A DNA stretch of 64,000 nt from Bacteroidales bacterium (GTDB lineage: Bacteria > Bacteroidota > Bacteroidia > Bacteroidales > VadinHA17). The translations under genes and the position numbers were made by a program. Location of the stretch: the NCBI GenBank assembly GCA_041686075.1, contig JAWLEO010000012.1:9659-73658 (forward strand), in the 5' to 3' direction. The notes under the pieces were generated by a model. It was not told the origin of the DNA. It made no database searches and worked only from the letters and a program-made list of their open reading frames with translations. Positions 49,218 through 57,613 of the stretch are shown in pieces (position 1 is the first letter of the stretch; each line of letters starts with the position of its first letter).

Positions 49218-49293
49218 AGCCTTAGCCTCACCGTGTCCGCCGAAGCATGGCGCAGGTCAGAGACCTGCACCAGCGGAGGTGGAGCCTTAGCCT
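49218..49293. mobile_element. Candidate miniature insertion: 54-nt GC-rich palindromic segment flanked by 11-nt direct repeats (agccttagcct)
   Basis: Direct repeats lie at 49218-49228 and 49283-49293. The interior contains the hairpin gcaggtc aga gacctgc (49252-49268). It has no coding capacity. Confidence 0.4.
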
Positions 49294-49332
49294 ATAATTT
49301 CTTACCTTTACAGTGAACCAATTACCACCATC

Positions 49333-49695
49333 ATGCACGAACACGGAGGAATAATATTTTACCAGACAACAAACCTGAAGCAGCTGCATAAATTCTATAC
49401 CGAAAAAGTTGGGGCCGCACTCTGGCTCGACCAAGGGGGCTGCAGGATATACCGCTTTGGGAATATGCTTTTCGGCTTCTGCCAGAGAGATAAAAACGAA
49501 ACTGGAGCGCTTCTGACATTCTTCTACCCAACAAGGGAACTGGTCGATGAAATTTACAGGAGGATTGAAGATGTTGCAGAAGCCCCACCGAAGGACAATG
49601 CCAGTTACAGGATATACCACTTCTATGCCAGGGATCCCGATGACAGGCCCATAGAATTCCAGTATTTCTGGGATGACATCGAAGGCATAAAATAA
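49333..49695 (+). CDS. VOC (glyoxalase/bleomycin-resistance fold) family protein
   Basis: 120 aa. A beta-alpha-beta-beta-beta-like pattern with the C-terminal motif YHFYARDPDDRPIEF is typical of VOC proteins. Confidence 0.55.
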   Translation: MHEHGGIIFYQTTNLKQLHKFYTEKVGAALWLDQGGCRIYRFGNMLFGFCQRDKNETGALLTFFYPTRELVDEIYRRIEDVAEAPPKDNASYRIYHFYARDPDDRPIEFQYFWDDIEGIK

Positions 49696-49805
49696 TAGAT
49701 CTTATTACCATATAATATATACCTGCAAGCATCAAATCATATTATTTAGCGTCTTTTTAAAATAAAACCCTAAATTCAATTACATAATACTTATATGATA
49801 ACATC

Positions 49806-51686
49806 ATGAGCAGTAAAATAATTTTACCCGTAATCTTTATTACCTTTTTTATAAGTCTTAAGTGCACTTATGCCCAAGAAATACCTGTTCAACAAGAGTT
49901 TAAGAAAGCAGTCGAGAATAATACAAGGACAATGGAAGGTGTACCCGGTCCTGAGTACTGGATTAATCATTCAGATTATAAGCTGGATGCAGAGCTTATA
50001 TTTGAAAATGATACTGTATGGATAAAAGGGAAGGCAAATATTACCTATTATAATGAAAGTCCCGATGAGCTGAACATGATAGTGCTCCGCAGCTATCCGG
50101 ATATCATGGCAGATGCCGCTTTGCGTAATTACTATATCTCTCCTTCTAACGAAACAAGACAGGTTAGCTATAGTGACCTTCTGATAGATGATGATACAAT
50201 ACCATCATCTATGCTGATGCAGAGACGTACATCGACTAACCTCTTGGTGCAGCTCGAAGAACCTTTGAAACCCGGTAACAAAATAAATATGCAACTGAGC
50301 TGGAAATATCATATGCACCCCAACATAAACATAAGGCAGGGAGTGTACGACGATGATGCCATTTTCATTGCATACTGGTATCCCCAGGTTGCAGTGTATG
50401 ACGATATCTATGGCTGGGACAGGATAGATTATACCGGTATTGTTGAATTCTATAATGACTTTAACAATTATGATGTGAGCATTACATTACCTGCTGGCTA
50501 CCTTGCCTGGGCCGGGGGGACCTTGCAAAATCCTGAAGAAGTCTATCCTGACGACCTCCGTAACAAAGTCAATGTTGCTTTACAAAGTGACGATATAGTA
50601 AAAATCATCAAAGCCGATGATCGTCCTGTCGACCATGGCGACAGGGAGAAAGTAACCTGGAAATTCAAAGCTGAAGATACCCCTGATTTTACTTTTGCCG
50701 CCAGCAAAACACACCTGTGGGATGCATCAGGCCTGGAGGTTGAAGACGGAAGAAGGGTTCTTATCTCAGCTGTTTACCCCGATTCAAGTAAGCACTATCA
50801 TAAAGCCGCTCAATTCGCCAGGAATGCAGTCGAATATCTCTCTTTCACCTGCCCGGGTATACCTTATCCGTGGCCATCAATGACTGTTTTTAACTGCGGT
50901 GAAGGCTCAGGAGGAATGGAATCACCCATGATGGTTAATAACGGCGATCAGCAACTTGAATTAAATGCTGATGAAGTGATATTCCATGAAATAGCACACA
51001 CATACCTGCCTTTTTTCACCGGAACCAACGAAAGACGTTTTGCATGGATGGATGAAGGCTGGGCAACCTACCAGGGAATAAAATGGAGCAAGGGCGATCC
51101 TGCAGGATCTGCGGGTTCCTTCAGGCAGGTTTTCAATAGGGTGGCCGGAACAGCCAGTGACCTGCCCCTGATGATTCCAACCTTTTCAATATTCGATGGT
51201 ATAGCATCAAATTTTAATAGCTATTGCAGGTCTTCCCAGGCTTTCATGACCATAGAAGATCAACTCGGCACCGAAAATATGAACAGGGCCTGGAATATCT
51301 TTACCAAAAGATGGCATCATAAACACCCGGTCGCATGGGACTTGTTTGCCATTTTCGAAGAAGTTGCAGGATATGACCTCGACTGGCTTCTCCTACCATG
51401 GTATTATGAATTTAAGACACAGGAACTGGAACTGGCCACAGTGGATACAGAAAAAGGCATTGTGATGGTAAAAAACACCGGTGGACTGCCATTGCCGGTT
51501 TATCTCGAACTTGAATACCAGGATGGTAAGACGAAAGAAATTCATAAAAAACCCGACGTGTTTAAATCGTCCCCGGAAGTTACAGTTAAAATTGAAGATC
51601 CCGGAAAGCTTAAAGCGGTCAATCTGGGTAATCCTTACTTCTACGACCGGGACCTCTCGAACAATAGCTGGGTGAAAGAGCGATGA
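49806..51686 (+). CDS. Exported M1-family (gluzincin) metallopeptidase
   Basis: 626 aa with a signal peptide. The HEXXH motif plus distal Glu reads VIFHEIAHTYLPFFTGTNERRFAWMDEGWATY. Confidence 0.8.
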   Translation: MSSKIILPVIFITFFISLKCTYAQEIPVQQEFKKAVENNTRTMEGVPGPEYWINHSDYKLDAELIFENDTVWIKGKANITYYNESPDELNMIVLRSYPDIMADAALRNYYISPSNETRQVSYSDLLIDDDTIPSSMLMQRRTSTNLLVQLEEPLKPGNKINMQLSWKYHMHPNINIRQGVYDDDAIFIAYWYPQVAVYDDIYGWDRIDYTGIVEFYNDFNNYDVSITLPAGYLAWAGGTLQNPEEVYPDDLRNKVNVALQSDDIVKIIKADDRPVDHGDREKVTWKFKAEDTPDFTFAASKTHLWDASGLEVEDGRRVLISAVYPDSSKHYHKAAQFARNAVEYLSFTCPGIPYPWPSMTVFNCGEGSGGMESPMMVNNGDQQLELNADEVIFHEIAHTYLPFFTGTNERRFAWMDEGWATYQGIKWSKGDPAGSAGSFRQVFNRVAGTASDLPLMIPTFSIFDGIASNFNSYCRSSQAFMTIEDQLGTENMNRAWNIFTKRWHHKHPVAWDLFAIFEEVAGYDLDWLLLPWYYEFKTQELELATVDTEKGIVMVKNTGGLPLPVYLELEYQDGKTKEIHKKPDVFKSSPEVTVKIEDPGKLKAVNLGNPYFYDRDLSNNSWVKER

Positions 51687-51715
51687 GCGATGAGAGATGA
51701 GTTATGAGTTATCAT
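51681..51715 (+). repeat. Heptamer tandem repeat (CGATGAG x2, AGATGAG, TTATGAG, TTATCAT) overlapping the stop codon
   Basis: Read directly. TGA occurs at 51684 (the gene's stop), 51691, 51698 and 51705, so all three frames are covered. Confidence 0.9.
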
Positions 51716-51753
51716 ATGGTCAGCTATAGATTGCAGAAATATATTTTCCCTAG

Positions 51754-51796
51754 GGCCTTATCCGAGTATACCGATAGGTATGCGAAGGTTAAGGCC
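51754..51796. other. Imperfect 43-nt hairpin (ggcctta...gtatacc gata ggtatgc...taaggcc)
   Basis: An outer 7-bp stem and an inner 7-bp stem (one G-U pair) are separated by an internal loop. No T-run follows. Confidence 0.5.
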
Positions 51797-51875
51797 GGGG
51801 TGGTTTAAATTATATATCCATATAAAACAATTAATTAAATTTACGGTCTTTTGAATCAATAAAATCCAGACAATT

Positions 51876-53438
51876 ATGAATCTTAAAAAAACCTTATTAC
51901 TCCTGGCTGGCCTGCTCATTCTGTTTACCGGCCTTCTTAATGCACAGTACCCTCTTGAATCAATAACAGAAGCTGAAATCAGAGACCACATCTTCTTCCT
52001 TGCCTCAGACTATATGAACGGCAGGGTTGGGCCATCGGCAGAATATGAAATAGCGGCACAGTATGTGGCATCACAGTTCGCTGCCGCGGGACTTCAACCA
52101 CTCATCGAGAATGAGGACGGTAATAAATCATATTTCCAGGGAGTCCCCTTTGCAAAAACAACTTACGGTGATAAAATTACATGGACTATAAGTAAAAACG
52201 ATAAGAAAACTATATTCGAACATAAGGAAGATTTCAAGATACTTTACATTAATGAGCTTACACACAATAAACTTGATCTGGCCTGGGTGGGTTATGGAAT
52301 TGAAGAACCTGATTATAATTGGAATGACTTCAAAGACCTCGACGTGGAAGGCAAGATAATGATATGCATGAGTGGTGCCCCCATGAAGAATGATAAGCCT
52401 GTACTGCCGGAGGAAATTCATGAAAAATATACAGGGGCCAGAGGCTTCCAGTCAAAGGTCTTCGGACTATTCGGCAAGGGAGCGGCAGCAATAGTACTGG
52501 TTGATATTGACGGATCGGGAGGCCTGGCATTTGAAATGATACCTAGTGAGTTCTCCAGGGAAAAATATGTTTATAAAGGTGGCGATAGGGAGAACCGTGC
52601 CGGTGAAGCCCCTTCCATTTACCTGGTAAACCCCGGCTTCCTTGAAGTGATAATGGAAGGCCACAAAAATAATCCATTGAACAAGCCTGATAATATACTC
52701 AGCAACTATAAACCACAACTGCTCGAAGGTGTATACCTGGACAGTGATATCGAGATATTGAATGAAGAAATCATAGAAACAAAAAATGTGGTGGGCATGA
52801 TACCCGGTACCGATCCCGTACTGAAAAACGAATATATAGTTGTTGGTGCCCACCTTGACCATGTAAAACCCTTAAATGGAGAAGTGTGCAACGGGGCTGA
52901 TGATAATGCCAGCGGTTCAACCGGTGTTATTGAAATAGCCGAAGCCGTGGCCATGAGTCCGTGCAGGCGCTCAGTTGTCTTCATAACCTATACAGCCGAG
53001 GAAATGGGCCTTGTAGGTTCAAGGCATTTTGTGGGCAGTGATGCCTTGCCCCCGGAACAAATAAAATTTAATCTCAATATGGATATGATAGGCCGTAGCA
53101 GTCCGGAGAACAAAAAGACCCGCGCACATTATGTAGTCACTGACAAGAAATATATCAATGCAATTGAAAAATTCATAAATGAAGTTAATGATGGCATAAC
53201 TGACTTCCCGCTCATATTTGATAACGACGACGATTCACCAGGTGGGAGCGACCACCAGAGCTTTATTAGAGCAGGCATTCCGGCATTCTTCTTTTTCTCG
53301 GGTGTTCACGAAGACCTTCACAGGCCTGGTGACGACCCCGGCAAAATAGATTATGAGAAAGCTGAAAGCATCTGCAGGCTGGCCTACCTTATTACTGCTA
53401 AGCTGGCGAACGTAGATGTTATACCAACCTTTGAATAA
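51876..53438 (+). CDS. Exported M28-family metallopeptidase with PA domain
   Basis: 520 aa with VVGAHLDHV, GADDNASGSTGVIEIA, TAEEMGLVGSRHF, NLNMDMIG and GGSDHQSF, the M28 zinc-ligand motifs. Confidence 0.88.
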   Translation: MNLKKTLLLLAGLLILFTGLLNAQYPLESITEAEIRDHIFFLASDYMNGRVGPSAEYEIAAQYVASQFAAAGLQPLIENEDGNKSYFQGVPFAKTTYGDKITWTISKNDKKTIFEHKEDFKILYINELTHNKLDLAWVGYGIEEPDYNWNDFKDLDVEGKIMICMSGAPMKNDKPVLPEEIHEKYTGARGFQSKVFGLFGKGAAAIVLVDIDGSGGLAFEMIPSEFSREKYVYKGGDRENRAGEAPSIYLVNPGFLEVIMEGHKNNPLNKPDNILSNYKPQLLEGVYLDSDIEILNEEIIETKNVVGMIPGTDPVLKNEYIVVGAHLDHVKPLNGEVCNGADDNASGSTGVIEIAEAVAMSPCRRSVVFITYTAEEMGLVGSRHFVGSDALPPEQIKFNLNMDMIGRSSPENKKTRAHYVVTDKKYINAIEKFINEVNDGITDFPLIFDNDDDSPGGSDHQSFIRAGIPAFFFFSGVHEDLHRPGDDPGKIDYEKAESICRLAYLITAKLANVDVIPTFE

Positions 53439-53440
53439 GA

Positions 53441-53472
53441 GTTTGAGTGTTTGATTGTTTGAATGTTTGATG
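53441..53472 (+). repeat. Octamer tandem repeat (GTTTGANT)x4
   Basis: The units are gtttgagt gtttgatt gtttgaat gtttgatg, starting 3 nt after the TAA stop. TGA at 53444, 53452 and 53460 covers all three frames. Confidence 0.9.
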
Positions 53473-53491
53473 ACTTTAATTAGCCTGACAT

Positions 53492-54418
53492 TCAAACCTG
53501 ATAACTAACTTCCGTAAGCTTCTCGGATGCCTCCCACAGCTTTCGTGCCGCTTCCCTGTCATGCGAAGCAGCGTTCGATTTAACCCTGACCGGGTATCCT
53601 TTCATTTCTCCGAATCCCCCGGGACCATAATATTCTCCACCCTTTACACCAGGGTCTACAGCTGCCCTTATCTGGGGCAATGCACCCATCTCCGCATCCT
53701 GAGAAATTGTAGATATCAGTGGGCTTAAAATGCGATAAAACACTCTTTTGTTAATATACCTGTCAAGATTTGTCCTGGTTGTTCCGGGATGGGCCGCAAC
53801 TGCAATTGCATCCGTACCATCGCTTTCAAAACGCCTCTGCAGTTCATATGTAAAAAGCAGATTGGCAAGCTTCGACCGTCCATAGGCTTTCATTGGTGAA
53901 TAAGCTTTTCCTTCTTCAAATAGGAGGTTGTCAAAATCGATCCTTCCCACCTTGTGGGCATTGCTGCTTACATTAACCACCCTCGCTCCTTTTGTGCTTT
54001 TTATTAAATCCATAAGCCTGCCCGTCAAAGCAAAATGTCCCAGGTGGTTGGTCCCCATCTGACCCTCAAAATCATCCTTTGTCTTAAAATAGGGTGTGGT
54101 CATGACCCCTGCATTATTCATAAGTATATCAAGCCTGTCATATTTCTTCTTAAATTCCTCACTGAAAGCTTTCACACATTCAAGGTCAACCAGGTCCAGC
54201 CACATTACCTTAATTTTAGCATCAGGTAATTCATTCAATATAGCAGCCTTTGCCTCTTTCCCTCTGCTTTTTGACCTTGATGCAAGAATCACTTCTGCTC
54301 CTTTTTCCGCAAATGCTCTAACTGACTCAAATCCGAGTCCACTATTACCACCGGTTACAATTACTATCTTACCCGAGAGATCAGGTATATCACTTTTACT
54401 CCATTTTTCTTTACTCAT
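53492..54418 (-). CDS. SDR-family oxidoreductase (classical short-chain dehydrogenase)
   Basis: 308 aa with the Rossmann motif VTGGNSGLGFE, NNAG and the YGRSK catalytic Y-x3-K. Confidence 0.88.
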   Translation of the reverse strand: MSKEKWSKSDIPDLSGKIVIVTGGNSGLGFESVRAFAEKGAEVILASRSKSRGKEAKAAILNELPDAKIKVMWLDLVDLECVKAFSEEFKKKYDRLDILMNNAGVMTTPYFKTKDDFEGQMGTNHLGHFALTGRLMDLIKSTKGARVVNVSSNAHKVGRIDFDNLLFEEGKAYSPMKAYGRSKLANLLFTYELQRRFESDGTDAIAVAAHPGTTRTNLDRYINKRVFYRILSPLISTISQDAEMGALPQIRAAVDPGVKGGEYYGPGGFGEMKGYPVRVKSNAASHDREAARKLWEASEKLTEVSYQV

Positions 54419-54648
54419 AGTACTGTATAAATATTCTCCTGTTAAGTTCTTATATTTTCTATTTAATTAACAAAAAATGGTATTACAGGTTCAACATTAT
54501 ATTCATAATTCATAAGTGCTTTCAACGAAATTAACCTTTATAAAAAATCATTATTCATAAATGAAAGCCCCATCCCTTAGACCTGGTCAGGAAAAACCTC
54601 CATAAACTTCAGCATTGGCTGGAATGGGATATAGTGCTTAAATTATGA

Positions 54649-54656
54649 TATCTTTG
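54649..54656 (+). promoter_or_regulatory. -7 promoter box (TAtcTTTG) for the GH operon
   Basis: Matches TAnnTTTG. Its position implies the real start is the ATG at 54701 (MNKFIFRNFSLILISLALGIYISSC, a lipoprotein-type signal) rather than 54662. Confidence 0.45.
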
Positions 54657-54700
54657 TATTAATGCCTGTCCGCTTACGTAACAACTCAAAAACAATTATT

Positions 54701-57547
54701 ATGAATAAGTTTATATTCAGAAATTTTTCCCTGATCCTTATTTCCCTTGCCCTTGGTATCTATATATCATCCTGCACAGGGCAAAAAACAGGGCCCACCG
54801 AACAAGGCCTGGTAGTCTATACCAAAACAAAACCGGAAAAAACCGTTAAGCTTGAAGTGCTTACCGGTAAAATAATTCACGTGACTTCAGTGCCCGGGAA
54901 ACAATTCCCGGAAAAAATCAGCCTTATGACCATTAAGGACACCCTGCCGGAAGTCGATTTCGATATAGAAGAGAAGGATTCAGCTTACGTTCTAACCACA
55001 TCTGATCTTAAAGCCTATATTTCAACCATAACAGGTGAGGTGCGGTTTACAGATCATCATGATAATATCATACTGGAGGAAAAAAAAGGTGGTGGTAAAT
55101 CTTTTGAAGAGGTGCAACTGGATGGAGAATCCTCTTATGCTATAAGGCAAGAGTTTGAATCACCGCATGACGAAGCAATATACGGCCTTGGTGCCAACCA
55201 GACTTCATTTATGAATCTCAAAGGCAAGAATCTCGACCTTTACCAGTATAACACCAAAACTGCCATCCCCTTTCTTATCTCAAACAGGAATTACGGCATC
55301 CTGTGGGATAATTATTCAAGGACCAAATATGGTGATGTGAGGGATTATAAACAGCTTGAAGGCTTAATACTATATAATAGTGAATCAGAGGAAGGAGGTC
55401 TTACGGCTACTTACTCATACCGGAATGACAGGGATAAGATATTTACCACCAGGGAAGAAGATGAGATTGATTACCGCTTTATCCCTGACCTGGAAAAATT
55501 CCCCGATGCTTATGATCTTAATAAGGGATATGTAACATGGGACGGTTTTATTCAATCCGATACCGGTGGCTTACACAAATTTGTATTTACTTCTTCCGGC
55601 TATGCTAAACTGTGGATTAATGACGAATTACTGTTTGATCGCTGGCGTCAGGCATGGAATCCCTCTTATAACCATTTTGACCTTATGATGGAAAAGGATA
55701 AGAAATACCGTGTTAAGATTGAATGGATACCAGACGGCGGTCAGTCATACATAGCTCTAAGGTACCTCGATCCCCTGCCGCAGGATGAGTACGGCAGAAT
55801 CTCACTCTATTCAGAGGCCGCTGACCAGATAGATTATTATTTCATTGCCGGTAATAATATGGATGAAGTGATAAGCGGATATCGCACCCTTACAGGAAAA
55901 GCCCCGATGATGCCAAAATGGGCAATGGGCTTCTGGCAGAGCAGGGAAAGATATACGAGCCAGGAAGAATTGTTATCCGTTGTCCGTGAATTCAGAAAAA
56001 GAAATATCCCCCTTGACAACATTGTGCAGGACTGGCAATACTGGCCAACTGATAAATGGGGTTCTCATGACTTCGATCCAGAAAGGTTCCCTGATCCTGA
56101 AGGGATGATAAAAACACTTCATGATTCCCTTAATACAAAAATCATGATATCGGTATGGCCTAAATACTACGTCGGTACAAAAAATTATGAAGCCATGAAA
56201 GAGAAGGGCTGGCTTTATATGAGGAATATTGAAAAAGGACAGGAAGACTGGATAGGGTATGTCTCAACTTTTTACGATGCCTATAATGCTGACGCACGAA
56301 GGGCTTTCTGGGAACAGATCAATGAAAAGCTTTTCAGCAAGGGTGTTGATGCATGGTGGCTTGATGCCACGGAACCCGATATCTCATCCAACCTGCCCAT
56401 GCACGAACGCAAGGCTTTAATGAACCCAACAGCACTGGGGCCCGCTACAAAGTACTTCAATGCCTATGCCCTTGTAAACGCCCGTGGAGTCTACGAAGGA
56501 CAGAAAGAAGTTAAACCCAACAAGCGGGTTTTCATTCTTACCCGCTCGGCTTACGCAGGCTTGCAACGCTACTCAGCAGCCAACTGGAGCGGCGACATAG
56601 CAGCACGCTGGCACGACTTCAAAGCGCAGATACCCTGCGGTCTGAACTTCTGCATGTCAGGTATACCCTGGTGGACAATGGATATCGGGGGCTTCGCAGT
56701 GGAAGGAAGGTATTATAACCCCTCACCTGAAGATCTTGCTGAGTGGCGCGAACTGATGACACGATGGTATCAGTTCGGTGCCTTCTGCCCTATATTCAGG
56801 GCCCACGGCCAATACCCATACCGGGAGATATTCTACGTTGCCCCTGAGTCACACCCCGCATACCAGACTATGCTGTCATTCGATATGCTCAGGTACAGGC
56901 TTATGCCTTATATATATTCCCTGGCAGGCCAAACATGGCTCAACGATTATACAATAATGAGAGGACTGATAATGGATTTTGCTTCCGACAGCAGGGTGCA
57001 TGACATCAAAGACCAGTACATGTTCGGGCCTTCATTGCTGGTAAACCCCGTATATGAATATAAAGCACGAAGCCGTGAAGTATACCTCCCCGCAAGCTCG
57101 GGATGGTACGACCTTTTTACCGGAGAGTATTTCAAGGGAGGACAAAACATCGAGGTTGAAGCTCCGCTGAATAAGATGCCCCTATTTGTAAAGGCAGGAT
57201 CTGTTATCCCCTTCGGTCCCGATCTGCAGTATTCCACCGAGAAAAAAGCCAATCCAATTAAGCTATATGTATATTCAGGGGATGATGCACACTTCGAGCT
57301 ATACGAAGATGAAGGAGTAAACAATAATTACAGTGATGGTTCTTATAGCCTGATATCCTTTTCATGGAACGAAGCAAACCAGAAACTCACAATAGAGGAG
57401 AGAAAGGGTGAATTTGAAGGCATGCTGAAGGAAAGGACCATAGAGGTGATCAAGGTCTCTGAAGAAAATCCCGTCGAACTTGATTTTGATGCCAGCCCTG
57501 TAAGTATAATTAAATATAATGGCAAAAGAACCACTGTTCAGCTTTAG
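54701..57547 (+). CDS. Glycoside hydrolase family 31 with inserted PA14 domain (alpha-xylosidase/alpha-glucosidase type)
   Basis: GVDAWWLDATEPD (nucleophile region) and WSGDI. A PA14-like insert lies at aa ~230-370 (WDGFIQSDTGGLHKFVFTSSGYAKLWINDELLF). Confidence 0.85.
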   Translation: MNKFIFRNFSLILISLALGIYISSCTGQKTGPTEQGLVVYTKTKPEKTVKLEVLTGKIIHVTSVPGKQFPEKISLMTIKDTLPEVDFDIEEKDSAYVLTTSDLKAYISTITGEVRFTDHHDNIILEEKKGGGKSFEEVQLDGESSYAIRQEFESPHDEAIYGLGANQTSFMNLKGKNLDLYQYNTKTAIPFLISNRNYGILWDNYSRTKYGDVRDYKQLEGLILYNSESEEGGLTATYSYRNDRDKIFTTREEDEIDYRFIPDLEKFPDAYDLNKGYVTWDGFIQSDTGGLHKFVFTSSGYAKLWINDELLFDRWRQAWNPSYNHFDLMMEKDKKYRVKIEWIPDGGQSYIALRYLDPLPQDEYGRISLYSEAADQIDYYFIAGNNMDEVISGYRTLTGKAPMMPKWAMGFWQSRERYTSQEELLSVVREFRKRNIPLDNIVQDWQYWPTDKWGSHDFDPERFPDPEGMIKTLHDSLNTKIMISVWPKYYVGTKNYEAMKEKGWLYMRNIEKGQEDWIGYVSTFYDAYNADARRAFWEQINEKLFSKGVDAWWLDATEPDISSNLPMHERKALMNPTALGPATKYFNAYALVNARGVYEGQKEVKPNKRVFILTRSAYAGLQRYSAANWSGDIAARWHDFKAQIPCGLNFCMSGIPWWTMDIGGFAVEGRYYNPSPEDLAEWRELMTRWYQFGAFCPIFRAHGQYPYREIFYVAPESHPAYQTMLSFDMLRYRLMPYIYSLAGQTWLNDYTIMRGLIMDFASDSRVHDIKDQYMFGPSLLVNPVYEYKARSREVYLPASSGWYDLFTGEYFKGGQNIEVEAPLNKMPLFVKAGSVIPFGPDLQYSTEKKANPIKLYVYSGDDAHFELYEDEGVNNNYSDGSYSLISFSWNEANQKLTIEERKGEFEGMLKERTIEVIKVSEENPVELDFDASPVSIIKYNGKRTTVQL

Positions 57548-57613
57548 CTGCTCCCTCTATTAAATGGGCGGGAGATATATATTTAAAACAGCGAAATATG
57601 AAAATCCTCAGTA

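Noticed and set aside
49228-49735. Minus-strand ORFs of 130 and 134 aa
   Set aside because: They are antisense to the VOC-family gene, which has a better start and a recognisable fold pattern. They also begin inside the GC-rich repeat segment.
46194-53472. Possibility that the short tandem arrays are CRISPR or CRISPR-like
   Set aside because: The units are only 7-8 nt and directly adjacent with no spacers. Each array has 3-5 units, and there are no cas genes or leader.
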